This document shows positions 9,161 to 19,157 of a stretch of 64,000 nt of DNA, piece by piece (the stretch's first letter is position 1; the number at the start of each line of letters is the position of its first letter). This DNA comes from Candidatus Micrarchaeota archaeon (GTDB lineage Archaea; Micrarchaeota; Micrarchaeia; Anstonellales; Bilamarchaeaceae), in assembly GCA_023129075.1 (NCBI GenBank), contig JAGMCT010000002.1, forward strand, positions 67,077 through 131,076. Direction: 5' to 3'. The notes under the pieces were generated by a model. The model saw nothing but the letters and a program-made list of their open reading frames with translations, was not told the DNA's origin and did no database searches. The position numbers and the translations under genes were made by a program.

Positions 9161-9323
9161 TTATGAGAATATTGTTTATGGAAAACTTCCTGTTGTAGTA
9201 ATAGACATAATTCTTCCGATGGGGGAGCTCATAGGATTAGCAGGTAAATTGGATATTGCGTTGAGGTCAGGTCCAAATCTTATAATACCTCCCGGAAGGA
9301 AGGAGAGAGAGCTGGTTGTATGA
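9072..9323 (+). CDS. Hypothetical protein
   Basis: 83-aa ORF with an ATGA overlap into thyX. Confidence 0.5.
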   Translation: MEKSKILKQGFVEAEVRTSGMLQKRKFRIDYENIVYGKLPVVVIDIILPMGELIGLAGKLDIALRSGPNLIIPPGRKERELVV

Positions 9324-10657
9324 AGAGGAGGGTCTATACTTTAGATGGTTATCCTGAAGAGCTTATTGCAGTTGCGTTTGCAAAAACCAGCAGAAGCCCT
9401 GAACCATTTGATAAAATTGTGGCAGAACTCAATGAGATAAAATCCAGGGAATTTCATGAGAAATGGGTTGTTGGCTATGGACATTCCAGCGTCGCTGAGC
9501 ATGCTGTTATCCATCTTGCGGTTGAGAATGTTTCAAGACTGGCGGTAGAGGTTATAGAAAGCACACGGCTTGCTTCTTTCACAGAGAAGTCAACAAGATA
9601 TCAAAAGATATCTTCAGAAGAATGTTATGTTCCTGCAGAGCTTTCCTCTTCAAAACAATCCTATCTTGAAGCAAAGGAATGTTTATTCTCAGTTTATGGA
9701 ATCCTAATGTCTGATTTGATAAATTATTATACCTCGCAAAATCCAGAATTAAAGAAAAGGGCTGTTGGAGTAAAGGCGATGGACAGCGCCAGATTTCTTC
9801 TTCCAAATGCAACCCTTGCTAATGCTGGGATTACAATAAATGCAAGGTCTCTTGAGCATCTTCTTGTAAAAATGCTTTCCAATCCATTGAGGGAAGTGCA
9901 GGAGGTTGGAGAAGAGATGAAACAAGCGGCTTTGAAGACAGCTCCAACGCTGATAAAATACGCAAACGAAAACCCATATTTAGTTTCGTTGGATAAAGAA
10001 TTCCCGCAGATGTTTTCAGGGCTTTCTTCAAGCGATAAAACAAAAGTAAAACTTATTTCTTATGATGAAGAAGGGGTTGAAAAGCTGATTGCCGCCCTTG
10101 TTTACAGGTACAGCAGTCTTTCCTATGAAGAAGCCCTTGCCTATTCAAAAGACCTTAATTCATCGGAAAAAAATAAAATCCTTGAAATAGGATTAGGAGG
10201 GAGGGGAAAGTACGACCATCCGGCAAGGGAATTTGAACATACTACCTTTACCTTTGATATTATCATGGACCAGGGTGCATATTATGAATTCAAGAGGCAC
10301 AGAATGCTTTCACTTTCCTGCAAAAAGCCGGATATTAGTTTGGGCTATAGAATTCCCGAGGACATAATAAAAATAGGAAAGGAAAAGGAATTCAAAGATG
10401 TACTGCAAGAAGCAGAAGATGCATTCAGGGAAATAGAAAATGAGAATCCTTATGCAGCAGGATATATAGCAACCAATGCGCATTACAGGAGGGTTCTTGT
10501 TAGCATGAATCTCAGGGAGCTATTCCATTTCATAAGACTGAGGAGAAAACCAAATGCACATTTTACTATAAGGGAGATAGCAGAATCCATGAGGGATGAG
10601 TTGAGAAGGGTTCATCCTGAGCTTGAAAGATATCTGCTCTTGGAGGGAGAAGAATGA
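9320..10657 (+). CDS. thyX: FAD-dependent thymidylate synthase (tandem two-domain ThyX)
   Basis: First domain has YGHSSVAEH, SFTEKSTRY and ARFLLP. Second domain has REFEH, EFKRHR and NLRELFHFIRLR. Confidence 0.9.
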   Translation: MKRRVYTLDGYPEELIAVAFAKTSRSPEPFDKIVAELNEIKSREFHEKWVVGYGHSSVAEHAVIHLAVENVSRLAVEVIESTRLASFTEKSTRYQKISSEECYVPAELSSSKQSYLEAKECLFSVYGILMSDLINYYTSQNPELKKRAVGVKAMDSARFLLPNATLANAGITINARSLEHLLVKMLSNPLREVQEVGEEMKQAALKTAPTLIKYANENPYLVSLDKEFPQMFSGLSSSDKTKVKLISYDEEGVEKLIAALVYRYSSLSYEEALAYSKDLNSSEKNKILEIGLGGRGKYDHPAREFEHTTFTFDIIMDQGAYYEFKRHRMLSLSCKKPDISLGYRIPEDIIKIGKEKEFKDVLQEAEDAFREIENENPYAAGYIATNAHYRRVLVSMNLRELFHFIRLRRKPNAHFTIREIAESMRDELRRVHPELERYLLLEGEE

Positions 10658-11898
10658 AGATAAGTTGTTTTGGTGCAGGAAGAGAAGTAGGCAGAAGTGC
10701 ATTTCTTCTGCAGACAGATGTTAATATACTGCTGGACCATGGAATAAAGTTATTCGGAGCAAAAAGAGGAGCAGCATACCCTCTTCCTTTTCAGGTTTCT
10801 CTGGATGCAGTGATAATCTCACATGCACATCTTGACCACAGCGGTTTTCTTCCTTATCTTTATCCTCATCCAGTCTCCTTTAATTGGTTTGCAACAAAGC
10901 AGACAGTAGAAATCTCCGAGGTGTTGTGGAATGATTCCATGAAAATAATGGGGGATGAGCTTCCTTACTCCAGAAAGGAGAAGGATTTTGCATTAAAAGC
11001 ATTCGTGCCCATAGATTATAATCAAAAGGTTTTCATAGGAAAAACCTCCTTTTATATGACTGATGCAGGGCACATTCTGGGTGCTGGAATGACGCATCTT
11101 GAGCATGAAAAGAAAAGAATAACATATACAGGTGATTTTAAGATAGAGGAAACCCTATTGCATAAAGGCGCGGTTCCGGAAAAAACAGATGTCCTTATTA
11201 TAGAAACGACCTACAGCAATAGAGAGCATCCCAAAAGAGATGAAGCGGAAAAAACAATTATAGAAAAAGTGAAACAAACACTTGAAAAAGGAGGTTCTGT
11301 TTTGTTTCCTTCATTTGCTGTTGGAAGGTCTCAGGAATTAATAATGCTCATAAGGAAATATCTTCCTGATGTTCCTCTTTATCTTGATGGTATGGCAAGA
11401 ACAATAACCAACATCTATTCCAAAAATTCTTATCTTCTGAATGACGGGGAAAAATTCAAGGAGGATTTGCTTTCGGTAAATTTTATTGAGTCATCAGGAC
11501 AGAGGAGAAAGGCGGTTTCCAAGCCCTCCGTTATTATCTCAACAGCAGGCATGCTTCAGGGAGGTCCGGCACTAGGTTATCTCTTTAACATCAATGCTGA
11601 TTCAAGGATAATCTTTACTGGATATAATATTGAGGGGACCAACGGATGGAATCTCTTAAATCACGGGAAGGTTGAGATAGATGGAAACATGCTTGATGTT
11701 TCTCTTCCTGTGGATTACATAGATTTGAGCGCCCACGCAGGAAAAACAGACCTTTTGGATTACATTAAAAAAGCACAACCCTCAAAGATAATATTAAATC
11801 ATGGGGACAACCCCCAGGAATTCGGGCAGGAATTAAGGGAAAAAGGATATGATGCTGTTGCCCCGAAGATTGGTGACATTATCGAGGTGAATATATGA
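10654..11898 (+). CDS. MBL-fold beta-CASP ribonuclease (aCPSF-like)
   Basis: GAGREVGRS, SHAHLDHSG, AGHILG, YTGD, SAHA and NHGD motifs. Confidence 0.9.
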   Translation: MKISCFGAGREVGRSAFLLQTDVNILLDHGIKLFGAKRGAAYPLPFQVSLDAVIISHAHLDHSGFLPYLYPHPVSFNWFATKQTVEISEVLWNDSMKIMGDELPYSRKEKDFALKAFVPIDYNQKVFIGKTSFYMTDAGHILGAGMTHLEHEKKRITYTGDFKIEETLLHKGAVPEKTDVLIIETTYSNREHPKRDEAEKTIIEKVKQTLEKGGSVLFPSFAVGRSQELIMLIRKYLPDVPLYLDGMARTITNIYSKNSYLLNDGEKFKEDLLSVNFIESSGQRRKAVSKPSVIISTAGMLQGGPALGYLFNINADSRIIFTGYNIEGTNGWNLLNHGKVEIDGNMLDVSLPVDYIDLSAHAGKTDLLDYIKKAQPSKIILNHGDNPQEFGQELREKGYDAVAPKIGDIIEVNI

Positions 11899-13127
11899 AG
11901 GCGGTTATACTTGTAGGTGGAGAAGGAATTAGGATGAGGCCATTTACATTCACAAGGCCAAAAGGAATGCTTTATGCAGGAGGAAAGCCATTGCTTTATC
12001 ATTTACTAAAGCAGGTGAAAGGCGCAGGGATAAAAGAAGCAATAATAATTGTGAGAAGCAATAAGGAAAAGATAATAGATTATTTTTCAAAAAAGAAAAA
12101 TTCACCAGGGCTTAAAATTTCTTTTGTAACCCAGGGTAAAAAAACAGGCACTGCAGCCGCCCTGCTTTACGTGGAGAAAATGCTGGATTGCCCCTTTATT
12201 GTATTGGCTGGCGACACCTATATAGAAACAAAGGACATTTCTTCACTTATAAAAGCATATCATTCCTACAAGGACAAATGTCTTCTTGTAAAGGAGGCAG
12301 AGAACCCTTCACGCTATGGTGTTGTTGAAAAGAAAAAAGGAAAGGTTTTCAACATAATCGAAAAGCCAAAGAAGCCGAAATCAACTCTCGTGAGCCTTTC
12401 TTCTTATGTTTTTGACCCATGCATCTTCAACGAATTAAAAAAGATAAAGAAATCTGCAAGTGGAGAGTATGAGATTACTCCGGTTCTGAAAGGCGCAAGG
12501 GTTGTTCATCTGAAAGGGGTTTGGATAGATATAACATATCCATGGGACCTGTTCAGATTGAATGATTATCTTTTGAGAAGAATGAAGGCAAAGGCCGGGA
12601 AGATTGTAAATTCAACAATAAAAGGCAAGGTAATAATGGAGGAAGGAGCAGAGATAATTAATAGTTATGTTGATGGAAATTTATATATTGGAAAGAATTC
12701 AAGGGTCGGCCCGTTTTCCTATATAAGAGGTTCAGTATCTATCGGAGAAAACTGCGAAATCGGGGATTCCGCAACCATAAAAAATTCTATTCTTTTTGAC
12801 AATGTAAAGGCAAAACATCTTGTGTATATAGGAGACAGTATAATAGGAGACAATGTAAATTTTGGAGCAGGAACGCAGATTGCCAACTACCGTTTTGATT
12901 CCGGGAAGATAAATGTTTATACAGAAAAGGGATGGGCAAACAGCGGAACCGCAAAACTCGGCGCCTTCATAGGAGATAATGTAAAGTTCGGTGTTCTTTC
13001 CTGCACCATGCCAGGGAAGATAATAGAACCTGACTGCTGGATAAGTTCAGGTGTTGTGGTGAATAAGAACATCAAAAGAGGCTCAAAACTCTTCATAAAG
13101 CAGGAGATACATATTATGAAGGATTGA
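11895..13127 (+). CDS. glmU: Bifunctional sugar-1-phosphate nucleotidylyltransferase/acetyltransferase (archaeal GlmU-like)
   Basis: ILVGGEGIRMRPFT..RPK nucleotidyltransferase domain plus a hexapeptide-repeat left-handed beta-helix. Confidence 0.8.
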   Translation: MKAVILVGGEGIRMRPFTFTRPKGMLYAGGKPLLYHLLKQVKGAGIKEAIIIVRSNKEKIIDYFSKKKNSPGLKISFVTQGKKTGTAAALLYVEKMLDCPFIVLAGDTYIETKDISSLIKAYHSYKDKCLLVKEAENPSRYGVVEKKKGKVFNIIEKPKKPKSTLVSLSSYVFDPCIFNELKKIKKSASGEYEITPVLKGARVVHLKGVWIDITYPWDLFRLNDYLLRRMKAKAGKIVNSTIKGKVIMEEGAEIINSYVDGNLYIGKNSRVGPFSYIRGSVSIGENCEIGDSATIKNSILFDNVKAKHLVYIGDSIIGDNVNFGAGTQIANYRFDSGKINVYTEKGWANSGTAKLGAFIGDNVKFGVLSCTMPGKIIEPDCWISSGVVVNKNIKRGSKLFIKQEIHIMKD

Positions 13128-13819
13128 GAGGTGTTTCAATATATCTTATAGTCGGGATAGACCCCGGAATAAAAACCGCATTCTGTGCTCTTAATCTTAA
13201 GGGAACAATAGTTGCAGAGGAATCCAAAAAAGAAATGGGTGAAGACAAGATAATCAGAAAAATAATGGAAATAGGAAACCCCTCTCTTGTTGCAACCGAT
13301 GTTTTTCCACCCCCTTCTTTTGTTTCAAAGGTTGCGGCAAGGTTTAATGTAAGGGTGTTTTACCCAAAAAAAAATCTTAAGCTTCTGCACAAGAAGGCTG
13401 TTTCACCTGGTTTGAAGGACCCGCACATAAGGGATGCAAGGGCCGCAGCCCTGAAAGCATTCCATTTTTATGAAAATAGATTAAGGCAGATTGAAGGGAT
13501 GAAGCATCCGGAAGCAGACCTTTTGAAGCACATGGTTATACAGGGCTTCCAGCTCAAAAGTGCATTGATTTCCCTTCAGAAAAAGCAGGAAGAGAAACCC
13601 AGCCCCAAAACAAAAAAGAAAAAATCCCTGAAAAAGGACAATGAAAGAGTCCTTGAGCTGGAAGAAGAGAACGCTTCCCTTAGAAAATACATAAACCAGC
13701 TGAAGATTAGGGTTCTCAACCTTGAAAAGGAATTAAAGAAAACAAGGAGTTCTGTTCATAGAGAGATATTAAGGGAAAAGGAGATAAGAAAACTAAAAAG
13801 AAAGCGAAGTCAGCATTAG
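13124..13819 (+). CDS. DUF460-like RNase H-fold protein with coiled-coil tail
   Basis: LIVGIDPG, VATDV.PPP and HIRDA.AAA motifs. Confidence 0.75.
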   Translation: MRGVSIYLIVGIDPGIKTAFCALNLKGTIVAEESKKEMGEDKIIRKIMEIGNPSLVATDVFPPPSFVSKVAARFNVRVFYPKKNLKLLHKKAVSPGLKDPHIRDARAAALKAFHFYENRLRQIEGMKHPEADLLKHMVIQGFQLKSALISLQKKQEEKPSPKTKKKKSLKKDNERVLELEEENASLRKYINQLKIRVLNLEKELKKTRSSVHREILREKEIRKLKRKRSQH

Positions 13820-13833
13820 GAGAGTGTTGTTGA

Positions 13834-13868
13834 GTATCGGATAAAACTAAATATGCTCTATCCGATAT
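13834..13868. terminator. Inverted repeat between convergent genes
   Basis: TATCGGATA (13835-13843) and TATCCGATA (13859-13867). Confidence 0.35.
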
Positions 13869-13914
13869 AGAATGACCATGGCAATAAACGAAGTAGTAAT
13901 CTTTCCATCCACAT

Positions 13915-14946
13915 TTATTTTTTATTTTCCAAACCATCAACATTGAATTTCCTTATCTTTACCCCTGCTTCATTCAAAAGCCTGAATGCACCTTCTGTAA
14001 TGGAATACCTTGCATTGTAAACTACCTCTTTTATTCCTGCATTTATTATCATTCTTGTGCAGTAAAGGCATGGGGAAAAGGTGGTATATATTGTACCTCC
14101 ATTAATGGATATTCCATGATATGCTGCCTGCACTATTGAATTTTCCTCTGCATGCGAACAATAACATTCCTCAAGGTTTTTTCCGCTCTCAGCAAATGAA
14201 TTGCACCTTGGGCAGCCTCCTTCATTGCAGTTGGTTGTTCCCCTCGGAGTGCCGTTATATCCTGTTGATATAATTCTTTTATCTCTTACTATTATTGCTG
14301 CTATCTGCCTTTTCATGCAGTTGCTTCTTGTTGCAACCTGTTTTGCTATACTCATAAAGTATTCATCCCACCCAGGCCTCTCAGGGTTAATCTCTTTCAT
14401 AACCTCTTTTAGGATTTCATTAATTCCAGTATAAAGTTCCTCAAGAGTGCCGTTGTTTTCTATAATTAAATCTGCTTTTGAAAATGTTGCTTTGAGGTTT
14501 TGGGCATTCGGGTCATCGCTTTCCATTTCTTTTTTATCCATTTCTAAGAATCTTTCATAGGTTTCAGCATCCCCTTTTCTTTCCCTATTTTTCATTCTCT
14601 CAAATCTTATTTCCGGTTTTGCATCAACATGAAAAAGGAAAAAATTCATAAGCTTTGCAAGCTCATCAACCTCTGCAGGATGCCTTATGGAATCTACAAC
14701 ATAGTTCCTGTCATTGAGCAATAATTCTTTTACTTTTACTGCGCATGCTCCTGCCCCGAGTTTTTCTCTTAATTCATTCCCCGTTGCTACCATATTTTCT
14801 CTGGTTTTTTCCTTTCCTTCAAGGTCTAGTTCTCTTCTTATGACATCCGAGAGGGAAAGCGGATAAAATCCTCTTTTTTTAAGGTTTTCCAGAACCGTTC
14901 CTTTTCCTGCACAGTTTGTGCCTGTTAATCCTATTATAATCTGCAT
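13915..14946 (-). CDS. Fusion of a P-loop nucleotide-kinase-like domain and dCMP deaminase
   Basis: N-terminal IGLTGTNCAGKGT and VDSIRHPAEV. C-terminal RPGWDEYFM, TGYNG, HAEEN and PCLYC zinc motifs. RBS GGTGA precedes the ATG at 14946. Confidence 0.9.
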   Translation of the reverse strand: MQIIIGLTGTNCAGKGTVLENLKKRGFYPLSLSDVIRRELDLEGKEKTRENMVATGNELREKLGAGACAVKVKELLLNDRNYVVDSIRHPAEVDELAKLMNFFLFHVDAKPEIRFERMKNRERKGDAETYERFLEMDKKEMESDDPNAQNLKATFSKADLIIENNGTLEELYTGINEILKEVMKEINPERPGWDEYFMSIAKQVATRSNCMKRQIAAIIVRDKRIISTGYNGTPRGTTNCNEGGCPRCNSFAESGKNLEECYCSHAEENSIVQAAYHGISINGGTIYTTFSPCLYCTRMIINAGIKEVVYNARYSITEGAFRLLNEAGVKIRKFNVDGLENKK

Positions 14947-15066
14947 TTTATCACCTTTAAAATATGTAAAATGTAAAATAATCGCACTCATTTTTTAAGG
15001 CTTGTTTTTTTATCCCCTTTTTCCTAAATCAGATAAGTTTTAAAACAATCTGTTGGAAATAGGAGT

Positions 15067-15879
15067 ATGCTCAGGCGTTTACTGTTAGGTTTACTTCTAC
15101 TCTCATTTGTTTCAGCTGATTTCATCCCAAGAAATCTTGATGTTTTTGTCACGGTAAATGAAGACGGCACGGCTTACATTGTCGAACAATTGGATTTTCT
15201 TGTGACCGGAAGTTACCATCTTTCTTTGTATGAAACAGGAATACCTAAGAACGACCTTGCTTCGTGGGCAACACTTACAGGACTTAATGATGTGAGATAC
15301 CATGTAGACAGCAGGGTAGTGGACATTCAGAATCAGGTTATAGGACCGCAGCCTCTTTCAAGATGCAATCCTATTGAGGATACATGCTATGGCCAGCTGA
15401 TAATTACTTATACTGCTGCACCGTATTATACTGATGAAGGAATTACTGAAGGTACAGGGGTTGTTTTCATTGATTCTTACAAACCAAGAACAAAACAATA
15501 TATACTTAACTCAAGGGCGTTTGTTTTTGAATTCAGCCAGAAAGAAGACATTATCCTAAGTGAGATAACAACACTCACACTTGAGGTTCCTGAAGGAAGT
15601 GTTGTTGTTGAGGTTAAACCTTTGCCAGAGGATTTTGGAGGGTTGAAACCTCCTTTCAAGGAAGTCTCTTACTCATGGTCTAATACAATTCTTCCTAATT
15701 TTTCCTTTATTTTTGAAAAGGAAGGAAGCCTTGACAGTGAAATCACTGCGTTTTTTCTTGGGTTCCAAGGCGAAGTTTTCTCCTGGCTTTCAGGGGAATA
15801 TGGATTGGCAATAATTATTCTTGTTGCCATACTGCTGGTTTCCTATTTTTATCTAACGAGGTCGCGGAAGGGTGTTTAG
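15067..15879 (+). CDS. Exported protein with C-terminal TM anchor
   Basis: Signal peptide, and a C-terminal hydrophobic helix followed by a basic tail. Confidence 0.7.
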   Translation: MLRRLLLGLLLLSFVSADFIPRNLDVFVTVNEDGTAYIVEQLDFLVTGSYHLSLYETGIPKNDLASWATLTGLNDVRYHVDSRVVDIQNQVIGPQPLSRCNPIEDTCYGQLIITYTAAPYYTDEGITEGTGVVFIDSYKPRTKQYILNSRAFVFEFSQKEDIILSEITTLTLEVPEGSVVVEVKPLPEDFGGLKPPFKEVSYSWSNTILPNFSFIFEKEGSLDSEITAFFLGFQGEVFSWLSGEYGLAIIILVAILLVSYFYLTRSRKGV

Positions 15880-17259
15880 ATGGGAGTCGAAGCTTATAAG
15901 GCAGAATTATTAAGCATTCTTAAGGAAAAACCCAGTTTCTCATCTTTGGATATGGCTACTGAAAAGAAGGACGGGTTGATGAGTGCTGCATTTTATCTTG
16001 AAAAAGAAGGGCTTGTTAAGATTGAAAAAAAAGAGCATACGGCCCATCCTCTAACCAAGGAAGGAAAGGAGTTTCTTGAGCACGGTTTTCCCGAATCACA
16101 ACTTCTTGAAAAGGATGGGGCAGAATTAAGCGAATTAACAGAAAAGCAGAAAAAAATAGGGATAATGTGGGCTAAACGCTATGGTTGGATTGCGATAAAG
16201 GATGGAAGAATTCATGTTCTTAAATCCAAGGAGGTGCACCCTCTGAAGGAAGCACTGAAAGCCCCCTCAAAGGCAAAGAAAGAGCATCTGGAATTTATTA
16301 AGAAAAGAGGCCTCATAAAAGAGACCTCTGAGATCGAATATAAGATATTTATCACAGAAAAAGGAAAACATACTGAGTTTGAAGAAAAAGGAGGAATAGG
16401 AAATCTTACACATTCTATTATTGTTTCCAAACAACCCGGAGAGCTTAGATTCAGGAGATATAACATCACGAAGGCGGAGCCTGCACGAATAGGAAAAATC
16501 CATCATCTTTCTGCATTTATTTATAAGGTTAAAAGGGTTTTTGAAGACCTTGGTTTTGAAGAGATGGAAGGCAATCTTGTTGAGAGCACCTTTTGGAATT
16601 TTGATGCACTTTTTCAGCCCCAGGACCATCCTGCAAGGGAACTTGCAGATACCTTTTATTTGGAGGGGGAATCCGAACTGCCGGAAGAAAAGCTCGTTGA
16701 AAGGGTTAAGAAAAGCCATGAAAAATACTGGGGATACGAATGGAGTGAAAAGGAAGCAAAAAGAACGGTTCTAAGGACACATACAACTCCAGTAAGCGGA
16801 AGATATCTGTCAAAGATAAAGAAAGGAGGAAAGAAGTATTTTTCAATCGGAAGCGTTTTCAGAAATGAAGCAACAGATTTCAAACATCTTGCAGAATTCC
16901 GCCAGGTTGAAGGAATAATTGCATGGGAAGGTGCAAACTTCAGGCACCTTTTAGGTATTCTCAAGGAGTTCTACAAAAGACTTGGATTTGAGAAGATTCG
17001 TTTCAGGCCAAGCTATTTTCCATACACTGAACCAAGCCTGGAGATAGAGGTTTTCTTTGAAGAGAGGAATGAGTGGATTGAGCTTGGAGGCGCAGGTATT
17101 TTCAGGCCAGAGATGACCAAGCCATTATGCGATATTTATCCTGTTCTTGCATGGGGCCTTAGTCTTGAGAGGCCCCTCATGCTTTTTGAGGACCTGAAGG
17201 ATATAAGGACATTTTACAAAAACGACCTTGATTGGTTGAACAAACCAGGTGTTATATAA
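15880..17259 (+). CDS. pheS: Phenylalanine--tRNA ligase alpha subunit
   Basis: WNFDALFQPQDHPAR, RTHTT, FRNEATD, YFPYTEPS and GAGIFRPE motifs. Confidence 0.97.
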   Translation: MGVEAYKAELLSILKEKPSFSSLDMATEKKDGLMSAAFYLEKEGLVKIEKKEHTAHPLTKEGKEFLEHGFPESQLLEKDGAELSELTEKQKKIGIMWAKRYGWIAIKDGRIHVLKSKEVHPLKEALKAPSKAKKEHLEFIKKRGLIKETSEIEYKIFITEKGKHTEFEEKGGIGNLTHSIIVSKQPGELRFRRYNITKAEPARIGKIHHLSAFIYKVKRVFEDLGFEEMEGNLVESTFWNFDALFQPQDHPARELADTFYLEGESELPEEKLVERVKKSHEKYWGYEWSEKEAKRTVLRTHTTPVSGRYLSKIKKGGKKYFSIGSVFRNEATDFKHLAEFRQVEGIIAWEGANFRHLLGILKEFYKRLGFEKIRFRPSYFPYTEPSLEIEVFFEERNEWIELGGAGIFRPEMTKPLCDIYPVLAWGLSLERPLMLFEDLKDIRTFYKNDLDWLNKPGVI

Positions 17260-19157
17260 TGCGAATGAAGATATTTATCATATTCATGCTTATTGTGTTT
17301 GGCATAGTAGCATTTTTCCTTTTCCTTCCTTCAGGAGAAGAAATAGAGATAAAGACAGGAACAGCAGAGGTCCTTTCCTTTGGAAGGGCAGGAGATGAGG
17401 GATATGCGATTGTAAATCTTAATGGAACAGGGGCGTTTCGCATATTATCGCTTGAGGAAGCACCGAAAAGAAATCTATATATACTGAGTGAAGAAGGAGT
17501 CGGGATGGAAAGTTTTGATGAACTTATGGATTCAGTGTATGAATTGGAGGATTACGGGTTTCTTATCCAGATTGTGGGGAGGTCAAAACTACTTACTCTT
17601 AAACAGCAGATAATACTCATTCCAACCGGGGCAATGCCGGATTATATACTTGAAAATATAGATGAAATGGCCTCTGACAATAAGATTATTTATATAGGAA
17701 AAACCAACTTTATAAAGAAAAAAGACCTTAAAATGAGTTTTTGGGTGAATGAACTTGGTAACGGGACTGAAGAGAAATTGATAATCTACGATATGACGCT
17801 TGATGAATTCATAGATAAAGGAAATCTTGATGCTCTGTTTGATTCAATTGTTGAGAATTCCTGGGCTTTGAAAGATAAGATGAAATACTCATTTGAGGAT
17901 GTGATTGAAAAAAGGACATTATTTAGTTGGCTGCCAGAAACAGGATATGTTTCAGTAATATTTGATTCAGAGACAGAACATTTCCTTGTAGATTCAGGTT
18001 TCATAAGGCAGGATACAATAACTATAGATGCTGATGACTCAATCTTTCCATGGGAGATCTCAAACGTTGAGTTTTCCATTAATGAAAGTATAGGAAAGGC
18101 ATTTTATTCCCTTGAAAAAAACGGAGTTGTGCTCCTGACCGAGGAATTGGGCAGGATAAATGAGGAAAAGGCATTTTTCTTCCCGTTTGAATTTGATGCT
18201 CCCGGGGATTACATAATGAAGATTTATGACAGCGTTGGAGTCAGAGGAACAGAGAGAATACATGTAAAGGATATAGACATATCACTTGAAACAGCCGAGG
18301 ATGTGAGATATGTCTTTTTTGTCATGATTGATGATGTGCCTGTTGAATCAGGAATGGTTTATGTTTCTTTGAATGATGGAGAGGAAAGGGAATATGCAAT
18401 CTCACATGGATATGTTACTGTAAGCGCAAAGACGGAGAAGGGTATGAACATCTTTAAGATGAAATACCTTCAGTTCTATGAGGAGATATCTTATGAATCA
18501 AAAGCAGAGGATTGGATTGGTGCAATAATAAAATTCGGAATTCCAGGAATGATTGTGATACTAATAATATTTGCTTATGTATGGGCATCAAAAAAGCCGA
18601 TGTACAAACTTAGGCTGGAACATTCTTCATCTGAAAAGAGGAAAGAACTTCCTGTTAATGAAAAACAAATAATAGAAACATTTGAAGGTGTTGAGAAGCT
18701 TTTCAAGTGGAAACAAATTCCCCTTACCCCAAAGGAAATAATGATAGGGCTTAAGAAAAGGATTACGGATGGTGCGGATATATCCGATGGAAACCTTGAG
18801 AATATTCTTAAGAAGCTGATGGAAAAGGACCTTGTTGAGTCCCATCTGGAATATTATCAGCTTAATGGATGGGGAGATGTAAAGAAGAATGTTCTTCTGA
18901 GGATTATTCAGGACAAGCTTGTTGAGAAGGGAACAACGTTCAAAAGGGTTGAGGATGGTTTTCTTGTTGGCAACAGGGTGATAACGCCTGTTTATGACCA
19001 TAGAAAGAAGAAAACAATTGTTGTTTTTGAGGATGCTGAAGAGGTAAGGCGTTTTGTTAAGGGAATGAGTGAAGACGACAGGGCCGTTTTTGAATTGAAA
19101 AAAGAGAATGATATTCTCCAGATTACAACACTCTCCAGATTGGATGAGATATTATGA
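17259..19157 (+). CDS. Hypothetical membrane protein (TM - large external domain - TM - cytoplasmic domain)
   Basis: Two hydrophobic segments, coupled to pheS. Confidence 0.7.
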   Translation: MRMKIFIIFMLIVFGIVAFFLFLPSGEEIEIKTGTAEVLSFGRAGDEGYAIVNLNGTGAFRILSLEEAPKRNLYILSEEGVGMESFDELMDSVYELEDYGFLIQIVGRSKLLTLKQQIILIPTGAMPDYILENIDEMASDNKIIYIGKTNFIKKKDLKMSFWVNELGNGTEEKLIIYDMTLDEFIDKGNLDALFDSIVENSWALKDKMKYSFEDVIEKRTLFSWLPETGYVSVIFDSETEHFLVDSGFIRQDTITIDADDSIFPWEISNVEFSINESIGKAFYSLEKNGVVLLTEELGRINEEKAFFFPFEFDAPGDYIMKIYDSVGVRGTERIHVKDIDISLETAEDVRYVFFVMIDDVPVESGMVYVSLNDGEEREYAISHGYVTVSAKTEKGMNIFKMKYLQFYEEISYESKAEDWIGAIIKFGIPGMIVILIIFAYVWASKKPMYKLRLEHSSSEKRKELPVNEKQIIETFEGVEKLFKWKQIPLTPKEIMIGLKKRITDGADISDGNLENILKKLMEKDLVESHLEYYQLNGWGDVKKNVLLRIIQDKLVEKGTTFKRVEDGFLVGNRVITPVYDHRKKKTIVVFEDAEEVRRFVKGMSEDDRAVFELKKENDILQITTLSRLDEIL

